A DNA stretch of 64,000 nucleotides, from IMG/VR virus record IMGVR_UViG_3300028654_000018, positions 4,508 through 68,507 of that record; one strand, 5' to 3'. Source of the stretch: a virus. Below, one piece after another: positions 45,677 through 54,195 of the stretch (positions are counted from its first letter, which is position 1; each line of letters opens with the position of its first letter). A program made the translations under genes and the position numbers. The notes beneath the pieces are model-generated. The model did no database searches and was not told the DNA's origin. It saw only the letters and a list, made by a program, of their open reading frames with translations.

Positions 45677-46008
45677 TGAAAACAGAAACACAATATATCT
45701 ATGTCTTTGTTCGCAAAGATATGCTTGTTGAGTTTCAGATTGTTCAAGCTTGTCACGCATCGTGCGTGGCAGGCGAACAGTTTGGTGGTAGTAATTCACA
45801 TATGGTATTGCTAGGACTCTCTGGGCCAGATGAACTTGAATCTCTTACAGCATGGTTACAAGTTTATAAAATTCCATTTGTTACATTTTTTGAATCAGAT
45901 GATAATATGGGTAATTCTGCCGTAGCTACTTCTCCTATATCTGGAGAATCACGTAAAAATATTAAAAAAATAATCGATGATATGAAACTCGTTCTATGGA
46001 AATTATAA
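45676..46008 (+). CDS. Peptidyl-tRNA hydrolase, Pth2-like
   Basis: YVFVRKDM...VQACHA...MVLL...FFESD...SAVATSP, the PTH2-family pattern. Confidence 0.78.
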   Translation: MKTETQYIYVFVRKDMLVEFQIVQACHASCVAGEQFGGSNSHMVLLGLSGPDELESLTAWLQVYKIPFVTFFESDDNMGNSAVATSPISGESRKNIKKIIDDMKLVLWKL

Positions 46009-46440
46009 CATCTTTATCATGTGAATCGCCGGAGATTTGTCATGATAGTAAGACGGCAACTCTCCGGTTTTTGTAAATCCTAATTTTTGATATAATCCGA
46101 TAGCAGTAGTATTATCCGGGCGAACTTCTAACGTCAACGCAATTTTTCCTTTGCTCTTTGCAATAGATTCAACATGTGTAATTAGCTGTTGTGCTAATCC
46201 TCTACCACGAAATTCTTGAGATACGGTCAAAGAATATACTCTATCATTTTTACATTTTATTCTATGTAAAACAATTATAGATGCCGCAAGTTTATTATTT
46301 TCTTCATAGACAAAAATATCAGTCGTATTACTAGATAATAATCTAGCGAGTTGCGATTTTTTAAAGGCATCAGCACCAAATGCGCTTTGTTCTAGCGTCA
46401 AGAGTTCTGAAATATCATTTATTGTTGCTTGGCGAATCAT
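46003..46440 (-). CDS. GNAT acetyltransferase, RimI-like
   Basis: V-x3-FRGRGLA, LEVRPDN-x2-AIGLYQKLGF, YYHD. Confidence 0.88.
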   Translation of the reverse strand: MIRQATINDISELLTLEQSAFGADAFKKSQLARLLSSNTTDIFVYEENNKLAASIIVLHRIKCKNDRVYSLTVSQEFRGRGLAQQLITHVESIAKSKGKIALTLEVRPDNTTAIGLYQKLGFTKTGELPSYYHDKSPAIHMIKML

Positions 46441-47130
46441 TTAAATGTCCATATCGATATCATCTAGTTCTGCTATTGTTACTAGATCGCTGTCACGCTC
46501 ACATAACTTGATATATTTTTCTTTATCGGTTGACCATTCACTGCCTGTCCACCATTCAAATCCAGGAATCGATGCTTTATATATGCAACCACGTTCGCTT
46601 CCTTCGCCAATATATAAATGCGTTAAGCCAAGCGATTTGGCATACTCAACTTCTTTATCTTGAATTATTTTACCGATTGATAATTTTGGATTGTGATAAT
46701 TCCAACAAAACATATAACTTTCTAACGTGCCATTAAATTTAGAAAATTTAGTAAATGCTACAGGAATAGAATTTTCAAATACAACACCATAAACAGGGGG
46801 ATATAACAAATCATTAGTAATGGGATTGTAGCAGTCAGAAAAATTTTTATATGCGATGTAATCTTTATATATTTGCGTCAAACTGTCTTTGTCAAAATCA
46901 TCCAACGTGCCTATTTTAAACTCTAACTTTTTCGGCCATTTGTTCTTTACGACATGTTTCGCCAGATCAATTCTTACCGTTCGTGCTTGATACCATCCAC
47001 CATCAAGATAAATCCAACCATTTTCCATAGCATGTTTTTCTTCATCTGGCGCTACTTCAGCACGAACTAAGTTATATGTTATTTTTTCTTTTGATTGTTT
47101 GCTGAAAACTGTTGTAAACGTTATCTTCAT
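46441..47130 (-). CDS. Aminoacyl-tRNA--protein transferase-like (ATE1/Bpt fold)
   Basis: GW...RTVRIDL, LSIG, E-x2-YAK-x2-G-x2-HLYIG...YKA. Confidence 0.55.
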   Translation of the reverse strand: MKITFTTVFSKQSKEKITYNLVRAEVAPDEEKHAMENGWIYLDGGWYQARTVRIDLAKHVVKNKWPKKLEFKIGTLDDFDKDSLTQIYKDYIAYKNFSDCYNPITNDLLYPPVYGVVFENSIPVAFTKFSKFNGTLESYMFCWNYHNPKLSIGKIIQDKEVEYAKSLGLTHLYIGEGSERGCIYKASIPGFEWWTGSEWSTDKEKYIKLCERDSDLVTIAELDDIDMDI

Positions 47131-47235
47131 ATGTGTGCCAGAGCTACACTTCCTGTATTGTTAGTCTATACTGTATTTATTGTACTGACCCTGTTCGTAG
47201 ATTTACTATTGTATAACAATGCATTAAATATTGAT

Positions 47236-47880
47236 ATGAAGATTATAGGAACATACAAAGATTTTAAAGTGAGAGAAGTAGACGGTAAAGCTGTCCGCGA
47301 TGAACTTGCTACGGAATTTAGCGAATGGGGTTCACATCTTACATATAAGTTTATCCCTAAAAATGAACTGTGGATCGAAAAGCAAGATCATTTCGAGGCA
47401 GATGACAGAAAGCCACTTATAGCAGCGGCATATACCGAACATAATGCATTAAAACATGGCAAATCTAAAAACGAAGCTTATGATGATGCTTTGAATGCCG
47501 AAGAACAAATCAGAAAAAGACAAAAGCACTTAGAATTTCCGATCAAAGTAAAAAAATTAACGACAATAGGAAATTTAAACTTGTGGTTAGTAAACGGCGA
47601 GTTAGTACGCGATAATCTTGATGCTGACTTTGCCGAAGGCGGACATGGCATGGTATATCCCTATATTCCAAAAAATGAAATATGGTTAGATGATGCAGTA
47701 ATGAATGATTTAGAAAATATATTTGTGCATGAAGTTACCGAGTATAATTTGATGTCTGACGGAATGAAATATGAAGACGCACATAATATCGCCAACAAAA
47801 CAGAACATGATGCTCGAAAAAGTGCCGCGAATAAACAAAAAATTCTTAAAGAACAAATTGCAAAATTATTGAAAATCTAA
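47236..47880 (+). CDS. Hypothetical protein with two internal repeats and HExxE motif
   Basis: VDGKAVRD...IPKNELW and VNGELVRD...IPKNEIW; VHEVTE; TAAATA 5 nt before the ATG at 47236. Confidence 0.7.
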   Translation: MKIIGTYKDFKVREVDGKAVRDELATEFSEWGSHLTYKFIPKNELWIEKQDHFEADDRKPLIAAAYTEHNALKHGKSKNEAYDDALNAEEQIRKRQKHLEFPIKVKKLTTIGNLNLWLVNGELVRDNLDADFAEGGHGMVYPYIPKNEIWLDDAVMNDLENIFVHEVTEYNLMSDGMKYEDAHNIANKTEHDARKSAANKQKILKEQIAKLLKI

Positions 47881-47882
47881 AA

Positions 47883-47966
47883 TGGTGCCCCGTGAGAGAT
47901 TTGAACTCTCATCCTTTCGGACCAGATCCTAAGTCTGGCGCGTATATCCAGTTCCGCCAACGGGGC
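47883..47966 (-). tRNA. tRNA-Leu(UAG)
   Basis: CCAGA-CTTAGGA-TCTGG; long variable arm; CCA. Confidence 0.92.
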
Positions 47967-48013
47967 ATATACTTATATATTAACTCTATGCATAATCTTT
48001 TACAATATTAAAA

Positions 48014-48088
48014 TGGCACCGCCGCTCTGGTTCTGCCCCGAGGATTTCAGTTTTGGAGACTGATATGATACTATTTCATCACAGCGAT
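48014..48088 (-). tRNA. tRNA-Trp(CCA)
   Basis: TCAGT-CTCCAAA-ACTGA; G73; atypical T loop. Confidence 0.85.
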
Positions 48089-48093
48089 ATAAA

Positions 48094-48168
48094 TGGTCTA
48101 ACGTTCGGAATTTGCATCCGATTCTCCGGCTTCACGGGCCAGGGGTTTACTTCATAACCTAACGTCAG
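48094..48168 (-). tRNA. tRNA-His(GUG)
   Basis: CTGGC-CCGTGAA-GCCGG; A73; C33. Confidence 0.85.
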
Positions 48169-48201
48169 CATAATAGTGAACTTTCGTTCACGTTCTAAAA
48201 A

Positions 48202-48277
48202 TGGTGGGTAGTCTCCGAATCGAACGGAGTTTTTTGGTTCTTCAAACCAACGCTATTACCAAATCAGCTAACTGCCC
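48202..48277 (-). tRNA. tRNA-Phe(GAA)
   Basis: TTGGT-TTGAAGA-ACCAA; CCA. Confidence 0.9.
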
Positions 48278-48278
48278 G

Positions 48279-48350
48279 TCGCCCATGCAGGCGTCGCACC
48301 TGCCGCTGCATGATTCCAAATCATACCGATCACTCCGATCTTTATGGGCG
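48279..48350 (-). tRNA. tRNA-Pro(UGG)
   Basis: TATGA-TTTGGAA-TCATG; acceptor CGCCCAT/ATGGGCG-A; no encoded CCA. Confidence 0.82.
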
Positions 48351-48390
48351 TAACTCTTTTATACTCCTTTCAAAAGTATATTTTAAACTT

Positions 48391-48467
48391 TGGTGAATCT
48401 GGTGAGATTTTAACTCACGATATCTCGATTAAGAGTCGAGTGCTTTAAACGACTAAGCTACAGATTC
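48391..48467 (-). tRNA. tRNA-Lys(CUU)
   Basis: CTCGA-CTCTTAA-TCGAG; CCA. Confidence 0.9.
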
Positions 48468-48478
48468 ATGCACTAACT

Positions 48479-48555
48479 TGGTAGGAGTAGAGGGATTTGA
48501 ACCCATCCTAATCCGGTTTAAAAGACCGGCCCACAAACCACTATGACATACTCCC
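48479..48555 (-). tRNA. tRNA-Lys(UUU)
   Basis: CCGGT-CTTTTAA-ACCGG; CCA. Confidence 0.88.
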
Positions 48556-48560
48556 GTAAT

Positions 48561-48638
48561 TGGCGCGTCTGGCGGGATTTGAACTCGCACTATGTTGGGT
48601 TCGAAGCCCAATGCCCTATCCAGTTGGGCGACAGACGC
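48561..48638 (-). tRNA. tRNA-Arg(UCG)
   Basis: TTGGG-CTTCGAA-CCCAA; CCA. Confidence 0.9.
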
Positions 48639-48646
48639 ATAAAAAA

Positions 48647-48734
48647 TGGCTCGCTAGGTTCGACTCGAACGAACAGTGCCTATTAAGGACGGAAGATTAA
48701 CAGTCTTCTGGGGTTACCATTTTCCTACTAGCAA
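48647..48734 (-). tRNA. tRNA-Asn(GUU) with long variable arm
   Basis: GAAGA-CTGTTAA-TCTTC; 17-nt variable region; G73-CCA. Confidence 0.82.
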
Positions 48735-48741
48735 ATAAACT

Positions 48742-48828
48742 TGGTCCGTAGTGTGGGATGTGCGCCCACTCACTCCTGCGAGAACTGGGTTACAGCCGGT
48801 TGCAACTCTCTCACTTTGCCGCCTACGG
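48742..48828 (-). tRNA. tRNA-Tyr(GUA), atypical
   Basis: ACCGG-CTGTAAC-CCAGT; long variable arm; T loop CGCACAT; apparent C1:G72, A73. Confidence 0.75.
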
Positions 48829-48867
48829 ATAATAAATTCTTTTTCTCCTTCTCAAAAATTTACATAA

Positions 48868-48900
48868 CAAAAAAGCCCGAAACTTTCGTTTTCGAGCTTG
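48868..48900 (-). terminator. Attenuator-type intrinsic terminator in front of the tRNA operon
   Basis: Minus strand AAGCTCGAAAAC-GAAA-GTTTCGGGCTT followed by TTTTGTT. Confidence 0.85.
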
Positions 48901-48926
48901 GTATTCTGAAAAATGTTTTCTAAGTT

Positions 48927-49034
48927 TTACATTTTTTGCACGCAGAATAGCAAGCCCGATTGTGGATAATTGGGTTTATGAAACGGACGGAAGAGTTGCC
49001 AGTTCAAGTTGCTATATGTTTGCTGCGTAATCAT
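48927..49034 (-). CDS. Putative leader peptide, 35 aa: MITQQTYSNLNWQLFRPFHKPNYPQSGLLFCVQKM
   Basis: Hand translation; ATG lies 5 nt after TAAATA; 3' part overlaps an antiterminator strand. Confidence 0.75.
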   Translation of the reverse strand: MITQQTYSNLNWQLFRPFHKPNYPQSGLLFCVQKM

Positions 49035-49039
49035 AATAT

Positions 49040-49103
49040 TATTTATCTTTCATATGTAATAAGTCATTTAAACGACTATATCGTATAATCTTCTATCTGT
49101 CAA
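49040..49103 (-). promoter_or_regulatory. Tandem promoters for the leader/tRNA operon: sigma70-type TTGACA-N17-TATAGT and late-type TAAATA
   Basis: -35 at 49098-49103, -10 at 49075-49080, TAAATA at 49040-49045. Confidence 0.7.
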
Positions 49104-49116
49104 GCAAATAGTGTAA

Positions 49117-49192
49117 TGGTGGACCTGGCCAGGATTGAACTGGCGACCTCAGAATTGCAAATCCTGCGCTCTCCCAACTGAGCTACAGGCCC
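49117..49192 (-). tRNA. tRNA-Ala(UGC)
   Basis: CAGGA-TTTGCAA-TTCTG; G3:U70; TATAAATA just upstream. Confidence 0.95.
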
Positions 49193-49233
49193 ATGTAATT
49201 ATTTATACACTCTATCAGACACATGCTTAACTG

Positions 49234-49587
49234 TCAATTATAATTATGAAAATAGCAATAGCCAGCAAGTCGAACTGTATCAGCGCCAACATCCATAATA
49301 AACGATGAATTATCTAGGTCATTTGTAAATGTTATCTGGATGAAATAATATTTTATCGGAATATATGTTCCTAAATTTCCTATACCAGTTTGAAATGCTT
49401 GTTCTATCGCGTTCTTCATATTATTAATCGGTTCTTCTATCTGAACATCTTCTAAAATTTGAATTATCGCATCAGGATACATGCACTTGACACAGCAACG
49501 TAAGCTATGTAATGCTGGAAATTGTTGAGTAACATGTGTGATCCATGTTCTCTCGCCAGTTCTGAAAAAATATTTCTGTTCTGTCAT
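49234..49587 (-). CDS. Hypothetical protein
   Basis: ORF track. Confidence 0.55.
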   Translation of the reverse strand: MTEQKYFFRTGERTWITHVTQQFPALHSLRCCVKCMYPDAIIQILEDVQIEEPINNMKNAIEQAFQTGIGNLGTYIPIKYYFIQITFTNDLDNSSFIMDVGADTVRLAGYCYFHNYN

Positions 49588-50090
49588 TTTTGCATCTCCG
49601 CAATTTTTTCTCTAAGTTGTTCTAAAGAAATCGGCGTATAATTAATCTGTTCTACAGAAACATTATAATATTTCGGATCGTTCATTGAACCGCCGTGTAA
49701 ATGTCCGTGAACATTAACGCCGAATCTATCTAAACATTCTTTAGCAATAGGAACGTGACTAAGAATCATATCTTTAAAATTGTGTGTCCCGTAAATTTCT
49801 TCGAAGTATTGCATCAATTCTGTTGTCGGCGCCGTATCATGATTTCCGCGAATGAGAATTTTCTTTCCCTTTAATCTATATACGATGGGCAAGCATCTAC
49901 GGTTCATTACAACATCGCCCATATGATATACTGTATCTTCATCTCGTACTACGCTATTCCATCGTTCTACGAGATGTTCATCATGTTCTTCAATTGATGG
50001 GAAATTTCTTAGCGGAGTTCCGTCTTCACGCAAAAACGTCAGGATGTTACGGTGGCCAAAATGTGTATCCCCAATGAAAAATATTGTCAT
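49584..50090 (-). CDS. Calcineurin-like metallophosphoesterase
   Basis: GDTHFGH, HMGDV, RGNHD, LSHVP, VHGHLH. Confidence 0.92.
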   Translation of the reverse strand: MTIFFIGDTHFGHRNILTFLREDGTPLRNFPSIEEHDEHLVERWNSVVRDEDTVYHMGDVVMNRRCLPIVYRLKGKKILIRGNHDTAPTTELMQYFEEIYGTHNFKDMILSHVPIAKECLDRFGVNVHGHLHGGSMNDPKYYNVSVEQINYTPISLEQLREKIAEMQK

Positions 50091-50572
50091 TTCAGCATAC
50101 CATTCTTTTTGAGTAATTCAATTTCTTCTTTTGTAAGATCATGATTAAACAACGTTTGAAAATAAAATTCAAACATTGCTACATCCGAAACATCTTCAAA
50201 AATTATTTCGTGATACTGCCATTCTTCTAAATCTTTTACAGGCGGTAATTTATTTATTTTATAATTTGTTATGCCACGCTGTTCAAGTATATGACGCAAT
50301 ATAATAAATTCATCTTCTGTCCAGTCATCACACAATAATCTATTTTCTGTTTGTGTTTTCAAAATTTTTGAAGCATGTTCAAAAAATCTATATCTATGAA
50401 TTGAAATATTATCATATTTAAATGACACTTCGGCCACTTCATCTGTCAATGAATTTAGGAAAAGATATTCGGAATCTACTCCGTCAAAACGAACACACGA
50501 ATCAAGATTATGAATCTTGTATAGAATTCGTTGTTCTATATTTTTTGTAAGAAGTTCGGTATTTGTGGTCAT
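50087..50572 (-). CDS. Hypothetical protein (DxAxF family)
   Basis: FEDVSDVAMFEFYF; start reassigned to MTTNT because the longer ORF overlaps a tRNA. Confidence 0.6.
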   Translation of the reverse strand: MTTNTELLTKNIEQRILYKIHNLDSCVRFDGVDSEYLFLNSLTDEVAEVSFKYDNISIHRYRFFEHASKILKTQTENRLLCDDWTEDEFIILRHILEQRGITNYKINKLPPVKDLEEWQYHEIIFEDVSDVAMFEFYFQTLFNHDLTKEEIELLKKNGMLK

Positions 50573-50620
50573 TGTGTTATAGTAACATATGAAGTGAGAT
50601 AATAAAAGATTTATTGAGGT

Positions 50621-50694
50621 TGGAACGAGTGACCAGAATCGAACTGGCGTGGTCAGATTGGAAATCTGAGGTTCTACCACTGAACTACACTCGC
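50621..50694 (-). tRNA. tRNA-Gly(UCC)
   Basis: TCAGA-TTTCCAA-TCTGA; U73-CCA; TATAAATA upstream. Confidence 0.95.
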
Positions 50695-50730
50695 ACTATA
50701 ACTATTTATATTAGTACAATATTTGATTGT

Positions 50731-51421
50731 TCACAAGTTATTTTTTATCTGATTATAAAATCTAAGTTTGAAAAAAGAATAATCCGCATCGTCCGTAAAA
50801 GTTAACGTAATTCGATCAGGTCGTAATGGATGATATCCATATCTCAACCAGGTATAATTCTCGATTCCCATATGTTTAAGAATATGATGCAAGACTTCTA
50901 TATTAGGAACAAATGATATTTCGAATATCATATCATGTTCTTCGAGAAATGCGACACTTCCAATCGAGAAATAAGACGTAGACGTTACCGTAGATCCGTC
51001 ATAATCAGATGCATACACGTCAACAATAGTCGCAAATCTATTCTCATCATCGATATAGATTTTTCTTTCTGGCGTGTCGAGAATTAACTGATTATCTGAC
51101 ATAAATTTATCAACAAGTTTGAGTTAGTGTTATTTGATCGCTCAAAGCGCGTATAATAAATTCTGCTTCATCAATATCTGACTTAAAACGCACAGATATA
51201 TTATAGTATTGTTCTCCAATCTCTTCGGATTTTATTTCGGCGTTTAATTTGAATCTAGATAGTCTTCGAATGGCTCTGTCGGATGACTTTTTGGTGTAGA
51301 ACTTCCATCTATACTGCTGGCAATCGTCAGCAAAAGATTCATAGCCGGTCAAAACTTGATGAACGTACCATTTTCTCTTGTGTGTTTTTGATCGAGTAAA
51401 TCGTGTTATATATTGCGGCAT
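50731..51421 (-). CDS. Two hypothetical proteins (DxAxF family; 50731-51102, 51110-51421)
   Basis: FTDDADYSFFKLRF and FKSDIDEAEFII. Confidence 0.6.
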
Positions 51422-51792
51422 GAGATTAGAGAAGTGAACGAAAAATATATGTCAATAAAACTACGATGTCAACTGTTGCAACCACAATAGATGCGTATGC
51501 CGCACGTAGTCTAACATTTACTAAATCTGGATTCTTTGCTACTTTATAACACATCAACAGTGATGCGAAGAAAAGTAAAGTTAGCAATGAAATAGTAAGC
51601 CACATGTTTATTCCTTAAAGGATAAAATATCCGACATACATTAAACTTACTCCCACGATAAAGCACAGTAATTCAATCTTGTGCTGCTCATTTTCAGAAT
51701 GAACACCAAGAATGCAAGCAATTATAATCAAAAATATCGCAGAAAATAAAATCATAGTTTGATTATACACTAGATTGAAGATAAGTCAAGTA

Positions 51793-54165
51793 TTAAAAGG
51801 TAGATACAGCAGTTCTAACCCAGGAGTCTGAGGCTATACAGAAATATGCAAATAAACCATCAACAAAACAATCGCCAGTCGTACCTGAAGAAGAAGAACT
51901 TGCTGGGGCAGATGCTACAAATCGAATAACTGTAAACCCACCAGTTGTTAATGTACTTAAAATATCTACTTCGCCGGTCGATAAATTACCGGTCAAAATA
52001 TTACCGATATTTAGATAGTTGCTCGTAGATGTAGTAGGAGTCGTTACGATATTTCCGGTTGCGCCAGGACCAATTAAAATATTATATGAACCAGTTGTTA
52101 GTGTGATACCAGATGTATTATACCCGGTTTTATATCCGAGCAACGTATTAATCTGACCACTTGTTACTCCTGCGCCTGATAATTGTCCTAATGCGGAGTT
52201 CGCGCTACCGCCTTGAATGCTTGTTAATGATGAAATACCCACCGCTGTATTCGACGTGGTGCCATTTGAACTGCCAGAAACTCCTTGTAGTGCTGAATTT
52301 CCTACTGCGACATTACCATTGCTTGATGTTCCGAGATACTGCGCTGCTTGATAGCCAATAATAGTATTACTACTGACATTTCCTGCAGTGTTTGCCATAG
52401 CTTGTGCGCCAATAACAGTATTTGATCCGCCACTTGCATTGTTGAGTAATGCACTATGTCCGATTGCGGTATTTCCCGTTCCAGTATTGCTTGCAGGCGT
52501 AGAACTTCCTTGTAGTGCATATGCTCCTACTGCAGTGTTGTACGTAATAAAACTTGTGGCAGAACTATTAGCATATAGCATTGATGAAAATCCTATCGCA
52601 GTACTCTCACTTCCCGCGAAGTTACGCTGTAGTGCAAATGTTCCGACCGTTGTATTATTAATACCCGATGCATTAAAACTATTTGAAGCCGCGCCGACGG
52701 CAGTGTTTTGATATCCAGTTGTATTGCCGATAAGGGAGCCATCGCCAATCGCAGTATTGTTATCTCCCGTATTTGATAACAATGTATTTGTCCCGACTGC
52801 AGTATTGGATGCGCTAGTAGTAACTGCACTAAGTGCTGAATTTCCTACGGCAGTATTATGTTGACCCGTTGTAAGGGCGTGTAATGATAGGCCACCAATG
52901 GCTGTATTGTTGGATCCTGCAAAACCAGCTCCACTTATTGCAAAGTTTCCGGAATTTATTCCTACAAAGGTATTAATGCCGCCCAATGTTCCTGACGGTG
53001 TAAAATTATGAATGAATGGCAATCCACCAAAATCAATTACGCCGACTGTACTGCTCGTTGTATTAGGCAATTTTAGAGTCGCGCTCAAATTAATATCGCC
53101 TGTAACATCTAACGCATATGACGGAGTATTATTATCGATACCCAAACGATGATTTGTATCATCCCAGAAAAATTTAGTATTATCTTGTGATATTGCGCCG
53201 GATGCTCCTGCAAATAAAACACTGCCGGTAGTTAAACTTGTGAGATTAATATTTGGAACTGATAAAATTCCAGTCAATGTTGGAGAAGCTGAGAATACAA
53301 CATTGCCACTTCCAGTAACTCCTGATACAACGGTTCCTTGAATTTTTGCAATGGTTGGATTCGGCAATGTTCCTGTTAAGTCGCCACCTAAAGATCCAAC
53401 ATTTGCTGCTGCTGCTCCAGACGCTATCATTGCTGCTGTGATGCCTGCCGTAGCAACCGAAATTGTTCCGGATGTCGTAATCGGATTCGGCATTGCTGTT
53501 AAACCAGAACCTGCGGTAATCGACGTGACTGTTCCAGAACTGCCACCAGAAGTTGTTAAATCAATTGTGGTTCCTGACGGAGTTATCGTGATACTAGAAT
53601 TAGATGATGTTAATGTTAAATTTCCAAATAATGAGTTTAATGTTGATACGCCTGCACTAGCTCCTCCAAGTGACCATGACGTTATTCCAGTTCCATCTGT
53701 TGTTAATACATAACCATTTGCTCCAGCATTTGACGGCAATGTTAATGACCAACTAGAAAATGATGCCGGCGTTTTTAGTGTAATTGTGTCGAGGAGTGGG
53801 GCAGTGCCTATATTGTTACTCGAACTACTTAAATTCATATTTCCGATTACATCTAAACTCTGTAATGGATTTGGATTGTTGATGCCGACAAAATGATTTG
53901 TTCCGCTAATGATAAACGGAGTGGATGTTAAATCTGCGGTCGAAACGCCAAATGATCCTCTGGCAACCGCAGGATAATTGATATTGGTCCCTAATAACCA
54001 TTGATGATGATCGCCATCTAAAATACCAGCAGAGCGAAAGCTTATAGATGCTTCTAGCGTTGTTGAGGCTCCATTAGGATCGTTTACAGGATCGTAGCCT
54101 ATAAGTTTTAAGATACCATTTGTTGGTAATCCCGAAAGAGTTAAAACACTTTTATATATTGTCAT
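51793..54165 (-). CDS. Gly/Ser/Thr/Asn-rich fibre or beta-solenoid virion protein (tail fibre/adhesin-like)
   Basis: Many N-T-A-(V/I)-G-x2-(A/S)-L repeats of about 14 residues; LGI-x3-P-x3-LDV-x-G fibre motifs; late promoter. Confidence 0.7.
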   Translation of the reverse strand: MTIYKSVLTLSGLPTNGILKLIGYDPVNDPNGASTTLEASISFRSAGILDGDHHQWLLGTNINYPAVARGSFGVSTADLTSTPFIISGTNHFVGINNPNPLQSLDVIGNMNLSSSSNNIGTAPLLDTITLKTPASFSSWSLTLPSNAGANGYVLTTDGTGITSWSLGGASAGVSTLNSLFGNLTLTSSNSSITITPSGTTIDLTTSGGSSGTVTSITAGSGLTAMPNPITTSGTISVATAGITAAMIASGAAAANVGSLGGDLTGTLPNPTIAKIQGTVVSGVTGSGNVVFSASPTLTGILSVPNINLTSLTTGSVLFAGASGAISQDNTKFFWDDTNHRLGIDNNTPSYALDVTGDINLSATLKLPNTTSSTVGVIDFGGLPFIHNFTPSGTLGGINTFVGINSGNFAISGAGFAGSNNTAIGGLSLHALTTGQHNTAVGNSALSAVTTSASNTAVGTNTLLSNTGDNNTAIGDGSLIGNTTGYQNTAVGAASNSFNASGINNTTVGTFALQRNFAGSESTAIGFSSMLYANSSATSFITYNTAVGAYALQGSSTPASNTGTGNTAIGHSALLNNASGGSNTVIGAQAMANTAGNVSSNTIIGYQAAQYLGTSSNGNVAVGNSALQGVSGSSNGTTSNTAVGISSLTSIQGGSANSALGQLSGAGVTSGQINTLLGYKTGYNTSGITLTTGSYNILIGPGATGNIVTTPTTSTSNYLNIGNILTGNLSTGEVDILSTLTTGGFTVIRFVASAPASSSSSGTTGDCFVDGLFAYFCIASDSWVRTAVSTF

Positions 54166-54195
54166 ACTGTATTTATTTGATTGTAAAGGAGAAGT

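Noticed and set aside
49050-49067. Tiny minus-strand uORF MTYYI upstream of the leader peptide
   Set aside because: Five codons in AT-rich DNA, not overlapping any attenuator helix; indistinguishable from chance.
52000-52920. Repeated GCAGTATT/GCAGTGTT-like DNA motifs
   Set aside because: Explained by the N-T-A-(V/I)-G protein repeats of the fibre gene.
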